Origin: Rhodothermales bacterium
GTDB taxonomy: Bacteria; Bacteroidota; Rhodothermia; Rhodothermales; JANQRZ01
DNA: 39,497 nt
Reading direction: 5' to 3'
NCBI GenBank assembly: GCA_038232975.1
Contig: JBBSMV010000001.1
Coordinates: 1-39,497, forward strand
Made by a program: the position numbers and the translations under genes. How positions within the stretch are numbered: the first letter of the stretch is position 1; each line of letters opens with the position of its first letter. The notes beneath the pieces were generated by a model. It ran no database searches. It worked only from the letters and a program-made list of their open reading frames with translations, and was not told the origin of the DNA. Shown here piece by piece: positions 1 through 9,348 of the stretch.

Positions 1-170
1 CGCGTTCCTGGGCCGGGAATGGGGGGACTGGGGCTAATGGGGCGAATGGAAAAAAGACCACCAAGTTAGCGAGGCCGCCGCGCTCCGCACAACGTCCACT
101 GTCTTCTGCCCACCGCCCGCTGCCTGTCGTCCGTACTTTCCGCTTCCGACGACTCTCAGCCCGCGCGCCT

Positions 171-200
171 ATGCCCTGGTACAATATGCCCTGGTACAAG
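171..200 (+). repeat. 15-bp tandem duplication spanning the start codon (ATGCCCTGGTACAAT / ATGCCCTGGTACAAG)
   Basis: Read directly. Two adjacent 15-mers match at 14/15 positions, giving MPWYN-MPWYK at the N-terminus of the symporter ORF. Confidence 0.9.
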
Positions 201-1520
201 AAGCTCCACTGGCAGATCATCCTCGGCCTCCTCCTCGGGCTGGTCTACGGCGTCGTCGCGGCGGCCAATGGGTGGGGGCAGTTCACGGCCGCCTGGATCG
301 CGCCGTTCGGGACGATCTTCCTCAACGCGCTCAAGCTCATCGCCGTGCCGCTCGTGCTGGCCTCGCTGGTCCTCGGCGTGGCTTCGCTGAGCGACCTGCG
401 GAAGCTCTCGCGCATCGGCGGCAAGACGATCGCGCTCTACCTCGGCACAACCGCGATTGCTGTTACCATCGGCCTCGTGATCGTGAACCTGTTGCAGCCG
501 GGCGGGGCGGTCCCCGAGGCGCTCCAGGCCGAGCTCAGCGCGGCCTACGCGGGCGACGCCGCGATGCGCTCCGAGGCGGCAATGGCGGCGGCGGCGCGCG
601 GCCCGCTCCAGTTCCTCGTGGACATCGTGCCGGGGAACCTCTTCGCGGCGGTCTCCGACAACGGCAACATGCTCCAGGTCGTCTTCGTCGCGCTCTTCCT
701 CGGGATCGGGCTGATCCAGATTCCGCGCGCCAAGGCCGAGCCGGTCCTCGCGGTGGTCGAGGGGCTGAACGACGTGATCATCCGGCTCGTGGACGTGATC
801 ATGCTGATGGCCCCGCTCGGCGTCTTCGCGCTGCTGGCCGGGACCATCACGCAGGTGGCCGGCGACGACGTGAGCCGGATCGTCGAGCTGGTCGGGGCGC
901 TCGGCTACTACTGCCTCGCCGTCGTGCTCGGCCTGGCGGTGCACATGCTGGTCACGTACTCGGTGCTGCTCAGGAGCTTCACCCCGATGTCGCTCGGGAC
1001 CTTCTACCGCGGCATCGGCCCGGCGCAGCTCGTCGCCTTCTCGACCTCGTCCTCGGGGGCGACGCTGCCGGTGACGATGGAGCGCTGCGAGGAGAAGCTC
1101 GGCGTCAGCGAGGAGGTCTCGTCGTTCGTGCTCCCGCTCGGGGCGACGATCAACATGGACGGCACGGCGCTCTACCAGGCCGTCGCCGCCGTCTTCATCG
1201 CGCAGGCGCTCGGCATGGAGCTGGGGCTGGCAGCGCAGCTCACGATCGTGCTCACGGCGGTCCTCGCCTCGATCGGCACGGCGGCGGTGCCGGGGGCAGG
1301 CATCATCATGCTCGTCGTCATCCTGGAGGCCGTCGGCGTGCCGAGTGCCGGCATCGCGCTGATCCTCGGCGTGGACCGGATTCTCGACATGCTCCGCACC
1401 GTCACCAACGTCACCGGCGACGCGACCGTGGCGACCGTCATCGCGGCCTCGGAGGGCCAGCTCGGACTGCCCAATCTTAGCCCCGAGGCCGACCGCCTCC
1501 GGGTCGTCGCCGAGGGCTGA
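171..1520 (+). CDS. dicarboxylate/amino acid:cation symporter (DAACS/GltP family)
   Basis: 449-aa multi-pass hydrophobic ORF with family-typical segments: SSSGATLPVT, GATINMDGTALYQ, VDRILDMLRTVTNVTGD. The start is ATG 171 or the duplicated ATG 186. Confidence 0.9.
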   Translation: MPWYNMPWYKKLHWQIILGLLLGLVYGVVAAANGWGQFTAAWIAPFGTIFLNALKLIAVPLVLASLVLGVASLSDLRKLSRIGGKTIALYLGTTAIAVTIGLVIVNLLQPGGAVPEALQAELSAAYAGDAAMRSEAAMAAAARGPLQFLVDIVPGNLFAAVSDNGNMLQVVFVALFLGIGLIQIPRAKAEPVLAVVEGLNDVIIRLVDVIMLMAPLGVFALLAGTITQVAGDDVSRIVELVGALGYYCLAVVLGLAVHMLVTYSVLLRSFTPMSLGTFYRGIGPAQLVAFSTSSSGATLPVTMERCEEKLGVSEEVSSFVLPLGATINMDGTALYQAVAAVFIAQALGMELGLAAQLTIVLTAVLASIGTAAVPGAGIIMLVVILEAVGVPSAGIALILGVDRILDMLRTVTNVTGDATVATVIAASEGQLGLPNLSPEADRLRVVAEG

Positions 1521-1522
1521 GT

Positions 1523-3181
1523 ATGCGCGAGAACTCTCCGTCCGCCTCGCGGTCGCTGCGCTCCCAGCGTCACCGGACTGTCTCCCTCGCCGAGGGGGAC
1601 AGCTTGTCGGTTCTTGAGCGTAGCGATGAGCCGACGAGCGGGGGGTACGCTTTCTCCACTCTCTACTCCATACCCCGGCTTCTGGCTCTCCTGCTCGCGC
1701 TCGCCGCGCCGGCCCTCGCCGAGCAGATCGGCAACGACCCGGGGCCGATGCTCGTGCGCAGCGCCGAGGGCCTCGCGCTCCTCGACGAGGGGCGGGCGCA
1801 AATGACGGCCTTCCGCCTCGACGCGGCCGAGGACACCTTCGAGCGGCTCGACGGCTTCGACGACGCCCGGCCGGCGGCGCGGCTGCACCTCGCCAAGATC
1901 GCGCTCTGGCGGGCGATGGTCCTCGAGCAGGACGCCCTCTACGACCAGTTCTTCGAGCGCAGCGACGCCCTCCTCGATGTGCTCGAAGAGACCCCAGACT
2001 CGCCGTGGCGGACGCACTTCCGCGCCGAGACTGAGCTGCACCGCGCCATCATCCACGCCAAGAAGACCGAGTACACGCGCGCGGCGCTCGCCCTCCGGCA
2101 GGCCTACAACCACTTCGAGCAAAACGTCGAGGAGCACCCGACCTTCTACGAATCCACGTGGGGCATGGGGCTGTGCCACACGACGGTCGGCCTCGTCCCG
2201 TCGTCGTTCCGGTGGGTGCTGAAGCTGCTGGGGTTCCGGGGGACGGTCCAGCAGGGGCTGAGCGAGATGGCGGTCTCGGCCGAGCGGAGCCGCTACTACG
2301 CCGACGAGGCCGCGCTCGTCTTCGCGCTCACCGACCAGATCGTGAACGAGTCGAAGCGCGACGGGCTGGCGAAGCTCGAGGCCGTCCACGCGCGCAACCC
2401 GAACAGTCCGATTGTCGGCTATATCCGCAGCCTCTCGCTGCTCGGGCAGCGCCGCGCCGCCGACGCCGAGCGGCAGCTCCGCGCGACGAGCCGCCAGCTC
2501 GACGCCCCAGGCGTTTTCCCGATCCCCTACGTGGACTACTACCTCGGCGAGGCGCTCTTCCGGCAGGACGACTTCGAGGCGGCGGCGCGCTACTTCCAGC
2601 GCTACCTGCGCACCTTCTCCGGCGAGGCGCTCGTGGCGCAGGCCAACCTCCATGCCGGCCTCGCGCTCGAGATGACCGGCCGCCGCGCCGAGGCGCTGCC
2701 GTTCTACCGCCGCGTCCGGGTGCGCGAGGACTTCGACAGCGACGCCGACGCCCGCCGCGAGGCCGACGCCCGCCTTGCCGCCCCGCTCTCGGCCCGCGAG
2801 AAGACGCTGCTCCTCGGGGCCAACGCCTTCGACAGCGGGCGCTACCGCGAGGCCGTTCGGACGCTCCAGCCTATCTTCGGCGACGGCGCGGCCTCCGAGG
2901 TCGAGCGCGCCGAGGCGGCCTACCGCACCGGGCGGGCCTACCACCTGCTCGGCGAGGCCCGCGAGGCGCTCCGGCACTACGGCCTCGCCGTGAGCAACCC
3001 CGGCGACCCGCTCGCCCGGTGGGGACCATGGGCGCAGCTCTACACCGGCGAGGTCTACGAGGCCGAGGGCGACCGCGCCGCCGCCCGCGCCGCCTTTGAG
3101 CACGCCCTCGCCAACGACGACCCCTTCGCCTATCACAAGGCGCTCGAACAGCGCGCCAAAGCGGCCCTGGACCGCCTCTAA
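1523..3181 (+). CDS. secreted TPR-like repeat protein (hypothetical)
   Basis: 552-aa ORF with GC3-rich codons and an internal signal-peptide-like LLALLLALAAPALAEQ about 50 aa in. The body is helical repeat-like (A/L/R/E/Y rich). The start is uncertain: ATG 1523 lies 2 nt after the upstream stop, in-frame TTG 1604 is an alternative, and a hairpin at 1578-1602 lies inside the long version. Confidence 0.6.
   Translation: MRENSPSASRSLRSQRHRTVSLAEGDSLSVLERSDEPTSGGYAFSTLYSIPRLLALLLALAAPALAEQIGNDPGPMLVRSAEGLALLDEGRAQMTAFRLDAAEDTFERLDGFDDARPAARLHLAKIALWRAMVLEQDALYDQFFERSDALLDVLEETPDSPWRTHFRAETELHRAIIHAKKTEYTRAALALRQAYNHFEQNVEEHPTFYESTWGMGLCHTTVGLVPSSFRWVLKLLGFRGTVQQGLSEMAVSAERSRYYADEAALVFALTDQIVNESKRDGLAKLEAVHARNPNSPIVGYIRSLSLLGQRRAADAERQLRATSRQLDAPGVFPIPYVDYYLGEALFRQDDFEAAARYFQRYLRTFSGEALVAQANLHAGLALEMTGRRAEALPFYRRVRVREDFDSDADARREADARLAAPLSAREKTLLLGANAFDSGRYREAVRTLQPIFGDGAASEVERAEAAYRTGRAYHLLGEAREALRHYGLAVSNPGDPLARWGPWAQLYTGEVYEAEGDRAAARAAFEHALANDDPFAYHKALEQRAKAALDRL
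1578..1602 (+). terminator. candidate hairpin/terminator after the symporter gene
   Basis: CTGTCTCCCTC-GCC-GAGGGGGACAG forms an 11-bp stem (one G.U pair) followed by CTTGTCGGTTCTTG. There is only a weak U-tract and the hairpin overlaps the long version of the next ORF. Confidence 0.35.
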
Positions 3182-3199
3182 CATCCATCCCCTGCTATC

Positions 3200-4897
3200 A
3201 TGGTGCGTCTCGTTCGTCCTCCAGCCTGTCCACCACCCTGTAGGGACACCATGCACGGTGTCCCTACGCCGCCGGTCGGTGTCGCTATCCTCTGGGGGCG
3301 GTTTGGTTCTGCATGCCGGCTGCTGGGCTACGGCCTGCTGATCGTCGCCGCGCTCCCGCTCATCCGTCCAGCCACCGGGCAGGAGACCGCCTCGTTCGGG
3401 TGGGCACCGGCGGACACGCTCCGCGCCGACTTCGACGCGCCGCCCGTCCTGACTCGGACCCCGCGCCCGGTCCCCGTGCTGAAGCGGTCGGCGGGTGGGG
3501 CCGCGTTCGAGGTTGAGTACGTAGGCTTTCCTCCCGAGGCCCGAGACGCCTTTCAGCTCGCCGTAGACGTCTGGAGCGAGCGCGTCGAGACCACCGTGCC
3601 GATTCGCGTGCTCGCCGAGTGGAAGCCCGCCCTCGACGAGAATGGGAACCCGGACCCCCAGATTCTTGGCCTCACCCGGCCCCGCGTAAACGCTAACTTC
3701 GAGCTTAGCCCGCAGCGGGATACGTGGTTCGTCGCGGCCCTCGCCGATGCCCTCGCCGGGCGCGATCTAGCTCTCGAAACCACGGAACCCGACACGCCGG
3801 ATATCAGCACTGAGTTCAACAGCGCGTTTCCGAGCTGGTACTTCGGTCTCGACGCTAATCCGCCAGACGGCGACTTCGACCTCGTCACGGTCGTGCTCCA
3901 CGAGCTGGGTCACGGGCTGGGCTTCGTCGGCTCGATGACGGTCGCGGGCGAGGTGGGAAGCTGGGGACTCGTGTCCAACACCGGCGCGCGCTACCCCGTC
4001 ATCTACGACCGCTTCGCCGAGCGCGGCGACGGGACGACGCTGCTGAGCCTGCCCAACTTCTCGGCGACCCTCGCGGACGCCCTCACGAGCAGGGCCGTCC
4101 TCTTCGACGGGCCGACGGCACGGGCGCAGGGGGCGGGTCTGCCGGAGCTGTACGCTCCCGATCCGTGGCAGCCGGGGTCCTCCTACTCCCACCTCGACGA
4201 AGCAGCCTACCCGGCGGGCACGGCGAACGCGCTGATGACCCCGAACTTCCGGCGCGGCGAGGCCACCCACGACCCCGGCCCGCTCGTCTGCGGCGCGCTC
4301 CGCGACATAGGCTGGATGCTCAGCGCGGCGTGCTCCGTCGCGATTCCGCTCGAAGACCTGCTCGTTGGGGACGTACTCGCGCTCGGGGCCAGCGTAGAGG
4401 GGGACGAGGTCGTGATCACGTTTCGGCTTCCCGGCGGCACCGGTCTCACCTCGGGCGTGCTGGAGCGCAGGACCGGCGACACGTTCGAGCCGGTAGTCAA
4501 CGTGGACTTTCCGGCGCTCGACCCGGACCAGGACGGCAGCTACGAGGTCAGTGTCGCCGACCTCGGACCGGGGAGCTACCGCTTCCGCCTTCGCCTCTTC
4601 GGCGAGGCCGGGACTGAGTTCGTCAGCCCGCTGGTCTCGGTCGTGCTGGAGGCGTTCTCGGTCTACCCGAATCCGTTCAACGGCACGGCGACGGTGCAAC
4701 TCCTCCTCGCGGAGGAGCAGGCCGGCAGCGTCCGGGTCTACGACGCGCGCGGCCGGCGCGTCCTGACGCTCCTCGACGGGCGGCTCACCTCGACCACGGT
4801 GCCGCTCGACGGGCGCGGCCTCGCCGCCGGGGTCTACTTCGTCCGTGTCGAGGGCGAGGACTTCAGCGCGACGCAGGCCCTCACGGTCCTGCGCTGA
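3200..4897 (+). CDS. secreted zinc metalloprotease (metzincin-like HExxH) with T9SS C-terminal sorting domain
   Basis: Contains VVLHELGHGLGFVGS (HExxH) and a Met-turn-like NALMTPNF. The N-terminal hydrophobic segment is LLGYGLLIVAALPLIRPATGQ. The C-terminus YPNPFNGTATVQL...GVYFVRVEGEDFSATQALTVLR is typical of Por_Secre_tail. The alternative start ATG 3251 sits in the loop of the 3240-3267 palindrome. Confidence 0.8.
   Translation: MVRLVRPPACPPPCRDTMHGVPTPPVGVAILWGRFGSACRLLGYGLLIVAALPLIRPATGQETASFGWAPADTLRADFDAPPVLTRTPRPVPVLKRSAGGAAFEVEYVGFPPEARDAFQLAVDVWSERVETTVPIRVLAEWKPALDENGNPDPQILGLTRPRVNANFELSPQRDTWFVAALADALAGRDLALETTEPDTPDISTEFNSAFPSWYFGLDANPPDGDFDLVTVVLHELGHGLGFVGSMTVAGEVGSWGLVSNTGARYPVIYDRFAERGDGTTLLSLPNFSATLADALTSRAVLFDGPTARAQGAGLPELYAPDPWQPGSSYSHLDEAAYPAGTANALMTPNFRRGEATHDPGPLVCGALRDIGWMLSAACSVAIPLEDLLVGDVLALGASVEGDEVVITFRLPGGTGLTSGVLERRTGDTFEPVVNVDFPALDPDQDGSYEVSVADLGPGSYRFRLRLFGEAGTEFVSPLVSVVLEAFSVYPNPFNGTATVQLLLAEEQAGSVRVYDARGRRVLTLLDGRLTSTTVPLDGRGLAAGVYFVRVEGEDFSATQALTVLR
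3240..3267 (+). repeat. solo 28-nt perfect hairpin of the GTAGGG...CCCTAC family
   Basis: GTAGGGACACC-ATGCAC-GGTGTCCCTAC has 11-bp perfect arms and both family termini. Confidence 0.85.
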
Positions 4898-4978
4898 TAC
4901 CCAATCGGTTGGTCCGTAGCACGTTGGCCGTAGGGACACGGCGTGCCGTGTCCGCGCAGATCGGCCACGGGGAGCCGG
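4895..4978 (+). repeat. REP-like element, left half plus TGATACC-type flank
   Basis: TGATACCCAATCGGTTGGTCCGTAGCACGTTGGCC plus GTAGGGACACGGCGTGCCGTGTCC (4930-4953) plus the spacer GCGCAGATCGGCCACGGGGAGCCGG. It aligns with the copy at 33669-33749 and fills the whole gap between two convergent genes. Confidence 0.8.
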
Positions 4979-4979
4979 C

Positions 4980-6317
4980 TTAGCGCACCCGCGTCGAGCA
5001 GCTGCCCCAGCCGTAGGAGGCCGTGATCGTCTGGCCGGGCTGCCAGCCGAGGAAGAAGTACGACTCGGCGTCCGGGCCGGCGCTGGCGGCGCTCCCGGCG
5101 GCGCGGCGGGCGCTCGCAGCCAGATCGCTGTCGCCGGAGTTGGCAGCGGCCGTCGCGGCGCGGCTGTAGTAGTCGGCGGCGCACCAGTAGCCGGCCGCCG
5201 CGCGCGCGTCGCCGCGCCCGACGGAGCGCTGCACGAGGCTGCCGATGAGGTAGAGCGCCGGCGCGTAGTTGGAGTCGAAGTCGAGCGCGGCGCGGGCGTA
5301 GTTGGCGGCCCCGGCGCGCTGGCCCTGGGCGTCCTTGAAGACGGCGATGTTGTAGTTGATGTCGCGCTTCTCCATCGGGTCCTCGGCGAGGGCGAGGGCC
5401 TGGTCGTAGTAACCCTGCGCGGCGTCGTAGTCCCCCTCGTCGGCAGCCTGGCGAGCGAAGATCTGGTAGAGGCTGGGCGTCGGGTCGAGCTCGAGCATCA
5501 CCTCGCGCAGCGTCTGGTTCAGCGCGGAGTCCTTCAGCTCGGGGTTCTGGTTGAGCGAGTAGAGGGTCTTGACCTCGTCCTCGGAGAGCGAGGCGGGGTC
5601 CTCCTGGTAGCGCTCCTTGAGGAAGGCGTACTGCTCGCGCGGCGTCGTGATCAGGTTCTGCATCAAGCCTTCGATGTAGGCCGGATCCTCGACCCGCGGC
5701 TGGAGCTCCGCTGTGAGGAACTCGCGCGCGGCGACCTTCGCCTCGGGCGTGCCCTCGTCAATGGCGCGGCTGACACGCTCGGCCGCGATGTAGTTGAGGT
5801 AGTAGTCGCTGAGCGAGTCCGGCTGCATCTCGAACGCCTCGGTGAAGAGGTCGTAGACCTGCGGCTGCCGGTCGGCGAGCTGCTCGGGGTGGGTCTGGAT
5901 GAAGCGGCCCTTGCGGAGCGCGTACTCGTGGGGTTCGACCTCGACGCCGGCGGCCTGGAGCAGGGTCGGGGTCTCGTCGAGGACGGCGAGGGCGCGGTCG
6001 AGGTAGGCCTGCTTCTCGGCCGGGTCGGCGGCGCGGACGGCGAGGCTGTCGTAGAGCTGCACGGCGCGGCGGAGCGTCAGATCACCGGGGTCGCGGCCGG
6101 TGAACGTGGGGTCGCACGCGAGAAGCCACTCCAGCTCGGGGCGGGCCGTCTCGTAGTCGCCGGCCTTGAACGGCTCGGCGTAGAGCGTGTAGTGGATGAG
6201 CTTCTCCTGACGGTCGTCGGAGCATTCGATCTCGCCGTCGGACTGCGCCGACGCCGCCGGGGCGAGGCCGGCGAGCAGCAGGACGAGGAGGGCGAGGGCG
6301 GCGGGAGTGCGGGTCAT
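4980..6317 (-). CDS. secreted TPR-like repeat protein (hypothetical)
   Basis: 445-aa ORF with signal peptide MTRTPAALALLVLLLAGLAPAASAQ. The repeats are Y/A/L/D-rich and helical (e.g. YDAAQGYYDQALAL, NYARAALDFDSNYAPALY). Confidence 0.75.
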   Translation of the reverse strand: MTRTPAALALLVLLLAGLAPAASAQSDGEIECSDDRQEKLIHYTLYAEPFKAGDYETARPELEWLLACDPTFTGRDPGDLTLRRAVQLYDSLAVRAADPAEKQAYLDRALAVLDETPTLLQAAGVEVEPHEYALRKGRFIQTHPEQLADRQPQVYDLFTEAFEMQPDSLSDYYLNYIAAERVSRAIDEGTPEAKVAAREFLTAELQPRVEDPAYIEGLMQNLITTPREQYAFLKERYQEDPASLSEDEVKTLYSLNQNPELKDSALNQTLREVMLELDPTPSLYQIFARQAADEGDYDAAQGYYDQALALAEDPMEKRDINYNIAVFKDAQGQRAGAANYARAALDFDSNYAPALYLIGSLVQRSVGRGDARAAAGYWCAADYYSRAATAAANSGDSDLAASARRAAGSAASAGPDAESYFFLGWQPGQTITASYGWGSCSTRVR

Positions 6318-6380
6318 CGGTGGGTCGGTTGCGGTCAGGAAGGCAGACAGGAGCGGTCTCGGCGGCGGGCGGCGCGGCGT

Positions 6381-7682
6381 TCAGCCCAGCTTGCGCCGCC
6401 GGAACCAGCGCTCGCCGAAGTTAATCGTGGCCGAGCCTTTGATAAACAAATCGCGGACCAAACCGCGCTCGGTGGTGCCGCGCGTGCCCACCTCGAAGCC
6501 GAGGTCGAAGCGGGCCGTCGGGAGCACGGCCGGGAGGCTGAGGCCGCCGGTGAGCGCCAGCGTCGAGACAGCCTCGGGCGTGCCCAGCCCGGCGTCGAAG
6601 TAGGCGCGGTCGTAGTAGCCGCCGAGGCGGTAGGCGGTACGGGCGAAATACCCCCGCGCTCGGTCCGCGCCGGCCGGCTGGAACTGGACCCCGCCGCCGA
6701 GGCGGGGGCGGTCGCGGAGCCGGTCTGCCTCCTCATGGTTGCCGCCGCAGGCGAAGTCGCTCTCGATGCCGCTCCACGGCTCGTAGCGCGCGTCGGCGGC
6801 GAGCGTCCAGCGGGCGTCGGGCAGGTACGAGAGGCCCGCCACCACCTGGAGCGGGACCGTCACCCCGCCGCGCGCGCTCGTGGCGAGCGTGTCCTGGTCG
6901 AGCGAGAAGCCGCTCGTCTGCGTCCGCTCGCCGCCGAGCCGGGTCGGCAGCGACAGGGCGGCCCCGACCGAGAGCGCGTCCTCCTCGGCGAAGACGCCGA
7001 CCTTCGAGCCGACCGCCCCGACGGTGCCGCTGACCCCGCTGAGCGTCGTCGAGCGCGTGAGCCGGGCCTCGCTGATGGCCGGGCTTTCGTAGTCGATCCG
7101 CTGGAGGTAGTCTATCGAGCCGAAGAGCACGTCCACGCTCGCGCCGAGGGCGAGGCCGGGGCTGAGCCGGTAGCCCAGCCCGAAGCGGACCTGCTGGAGG
7201 CCGCCGTCGCCCTCGAGGTTCTCGCGGTAGGCGAAGGACGCGCCCTCAACCTCGGGGTCGTCCACGGTGCCGTCCTGCACGGCGAGGTAGTTGACGCGCG
7301 AGAACGGGCGCAGGGCGAGCGTCATCCCGAGCCGGCCCGCGAGCAGCGGGACGCCGAGCTGGAGACCTTCGAGCGTGCCGCTCGTCAGCCGAGCCTGCTC
7401 CCCGGCGGCGTCTTCGGCCTCCAGCCCCTGCACGGCGGCGCTGACGCTGAGCTGCGTGAGCGCCAGGTCGCTCCAGAGCGCCGGGTTGTCGAGCCCGTTG
7501 TAGACCGTCGAGCGGAGGGCGACGCCCGCGCCGCCGAGCATCTGCGCCTGCGACGACGCGAACGAGAGCCGCTCGCCGAGGCCGAAGCGCGAGTAGGCCG
7601 TGCCGTAGTTCCGGTTGCTCTGCGCCTGGGCCGGGAGGCCGGCCAGGAGCGCGAGCGCGAGCGCGAGAGACCGCATGAGCAT
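6381..7682 (-). CDS. outer-membrane beta-barrel protein (FadL/TodX-like, tentative)
   Basis: Start chosen at MLMRSLALALALLAGLPAQAQ (ATG 7682, G-poor leader). The body has alternating hydrophobic/Gly-rich strand patterns throughout (GLGYRLSPGLALGASVDVLFG, RLGGYYDRAYF). The longer ORF to 7790 lacks a signal peptide at its N-terminus. Confidence 0.65.
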   Translation of the reverse strand: MLMRSLALALALLAGLPAQAQSNRNYGTAYSRFGLGERLSFASSQAQMLGGAGVALRSTVYNGLDNPALWSDLALTQLSVSAAVQGLEAEDAAGEQARLTSGTLEGLQLGVPLLAGRLGMTLALRPFSRVNYLAVQDGTVDDPEVEGASFAYRENLEGDGGLQQVRFGLGYRLSPGLALGASVDVLFGSIDYLQRIDYESPAISEARLTRSTTLSGVSGTVGAVGSKVGVFAEEDALSVGAALSLPTRLGGERTQTSGFSLDQDTLATSARGGVTVPLQVVAGLSYLPDARWTLAADARYEPWSGIESDFACGGNHEEADRLRDRPRLGGGVQFQPAGADRARGYFARTAYRLGGYYDRAYFDAGLGTPEAVSTLALTGGLSLPAVLPTARFDLGFEVGTRGTTERGLVRDLFIKGSATINFGERWFRRRKLG

Positions 7683-7805
7683 ACAGCGTGTGGCGTAGAG
7701 GAAAGACACGCGGCGCGCTGAAAGGTCGCCGCTAACGTATGGTTCAGTCAGAGGAGGACGAAGCGACATCCTAGGCCTCCATCGTCCCAAATCAAGGGCG
7801 AAGCC

Positions 7806-9032
7806 CTACTCCCCACCCGGAATCAGGATGATGACGACGCGCGGCCCTTCGTCCCTGCCGAGGCCGGCGAGCGGGACCACGTCGAGGCTGGAGGGCGCGG
7901 ACGGGAACCCCACGGCGAAGCCTTCGAGCCGGGAGCGGTCCAGCACCAAGTCCTGGAGCAGCCCCGTCAGGAGCGGGGAGGAAAACGAAAAGGTTTGGCT
8001 CTCCTCGTTCAGCATCGCCGACGTGATGAAGACGGGCGTCGGGTCCTCGTCGTCGCCCTCGTCTCTTTCCGGGAGGCCGAAGAGGGCAAGCTCGCGCGCC
8101 AGGGGGCGGACGAAGCCAGTCGGGGCCTCCGCCGCGAGGGTGTCGGCGTTGAGCCGGAGGAAGGCCGTGTTGAGCGCCGCCAGGCCGAGCGTGTCGAGGT
8201 CGAAGTCTAGCTCGAGGCCCAGCCCGGTCCCGTCCTGGAGCCGGATCAGCCCGTCGGCGAGCGGAGAGGCGGGCGGGTCAACCGCCACGTTCGAGAACAG
8301 CTCGGAGGCCTGGTAGCGCACGGTGTCCTCGGCCGAGACGAGCTCCAGCGACGAGGCCCCGGTGAAGCCGTAGACGGCGTTGCCGCTCTCCTGCGCCTCG
8401 AGCCGGAAGCCGTGGAAGAGCGTCGAGACCTGGGCGCTCCGCAGCGTCGTGTCGTTGGCGGCGATCCAGTCGGCCGGCAGCGCGACCTCGACGAGCGTGT
8501 CGCCGGGCACAACCTCGAAGCTCGTGATCACCCCGTCCATCACGGGGAACAGCGTGTCCGACGGCGCGACGACGGCGTTCCACTCCTCGGCCACCTGGCG
8601 CACGTCGAAGCGGGTCGGGGCGAGGGTGTCGCCGTAGACGTAGCCGCGCGCGAGCCGGAGCGTCGCCCCTTCGATGGGCCGGTCGCGGAAGCCCTCGGGG
8701 AAGCTGGACGGCGGCAGCACGTCGAGGTAGCCCTGCGCGGTGATCGTGCCGAAGTCGGGGTCGTCCACGCGGCCGGCGAGGGCGCGGAAGCTCCGGAACC
8801 CGGTGGTGGTCAGGAACGAACCGGTGAAGTCGTCGAGCGGCGCGAGCATCGCCGAGTCGGCCGGGAGGATCCGGGCGGCCGGGTCGTTCTCGTTGAAGTC
8901 GCTGAAGCCGTCGGAGAGGCCGGCGGGGTTCTCGCAGGCGGCGAGCAGGAGCAGGCACAGGGCCGCCGCCGGGAGGCCGGACAGGGCGGAGATACCGGAC
9001 GGGAAGGCGCGGGCAGGCCGGAGTCGGCGCAT
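7806..9032 (-). CDS. DUF4270-like lipoprotein
   Basis: Start at MRRLRPA... with lipobox LLLLAAC (ATG 9032). The motif GRVDDPDFGTITAQGY resembles the DP-FG signature I associate with DUF4270. It sits downstream of a short glycogen-synthase-like gene, as in many Bacteroidota (from memory). Confidence 0.6.
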   Translation of the reverse strand: MRRLRPARAFPSGISALSGLPAAALCLLLLAACENPAGLSDGFSDFNENDPAARILPADSAMLAPLDDFTGSFLTTTGFRSFRALAGRVDDPDFGTITAQGYLDVLPPSSFPEGFRDRPIEGATLRLARGYVYGDTLAPTRFDVRQVAEEWNAVVAPSDTLFPVMDGVITSFEVVPGDTLVEVALPADWIAANDTTLRSAQVSTLFHGFRLEAQESGNAVYGFTGASSLELVSAEDTVRYQASELFSNVAVDPPASPLADGLIRLQDGTGLGLELDFDLDTLGLAALNTAFLRLNADTLAAEAPTGFVRPLARELALFGLPERDEGDDEDPTPVFITSAMLNEESQTFSFSSPLLTGLLQDLVLDRSRLEGFAVGFPSAPSSLDVVPLAGLGRDEGPRVVIILIPGGE

Positions 9033-9200
9033 ACGGGAGACGCAGTAGGTGGCAGCGGACGGGCGGGGAGATGAACGCAGACGCGCCGGCCCTAGTATGG
9101 CGGCCTTGCCTATGGCCCGGCGCACGACTCCAAAGAACGCCCATCGCGGGAGCAGCCGGGAGAAAGAGTTGGCGAAAAGAGGGCGGTAGGAAGGAGAAGG

Positions 9201-9318
9201 TGATACCACGTCCGGCTAGACCGGGTCGGTCTGCCCTCGGCCCGCAGTCGTAGGGGCAGGGCACGCCCTGTCCTGCCCCAGGGCACGGTGGCGCGGACAT
9301 GGCACGCCGTGTCCCTAC
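9201..9318 (+). repeat. REPIN-like 69-nt doublet (9250-9318) with TGATACC-type upstream flank
   Basis: TGATACCACGTCCGGCTAGACC... is followed by GTAGGGGCAGGGCACGCCCTGTCCTGCCCC...GGACATGGCACGCCGTGTCCCTAC. The site is intergenic, between two minus-strand genes. Confidence 0.8.
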
Positions 9319-9348
9319 GGCTGCCGGTGGTAAAGGCCGCCCACCGAC

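Noticed and set aside
1172-3256. 694-aa minus-strand ORF overlapping the symporter 3' end and the whole TPR gene.
   Set aside because: It is antisense to two ORFs with recognisable domains or signal peptides. Its composition is R/G/A/E/V-rich and low-complexity, which is typical of a stop-codon-poor antisense frame in ~70% GC DNA.
4504-4512. GGACTTTCC (reverse complement of the RNase P CR-I core GGAAAGTCC).
   Set aside because: It lies inside the well-supported metalloprotease CDS with no other RNase P conserved regions nearby, so it is a chance 9-mer.
5889-7721. 610-aa plus-strand ORF across the TPR and outer-membrane-barrel genes.
   Set aside because: It is antisense to two signal-peptide-bearing ORFs. 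It is R/E/G/A-rich with no motifs and spans an intergenic gap, so it is a GC artefact.
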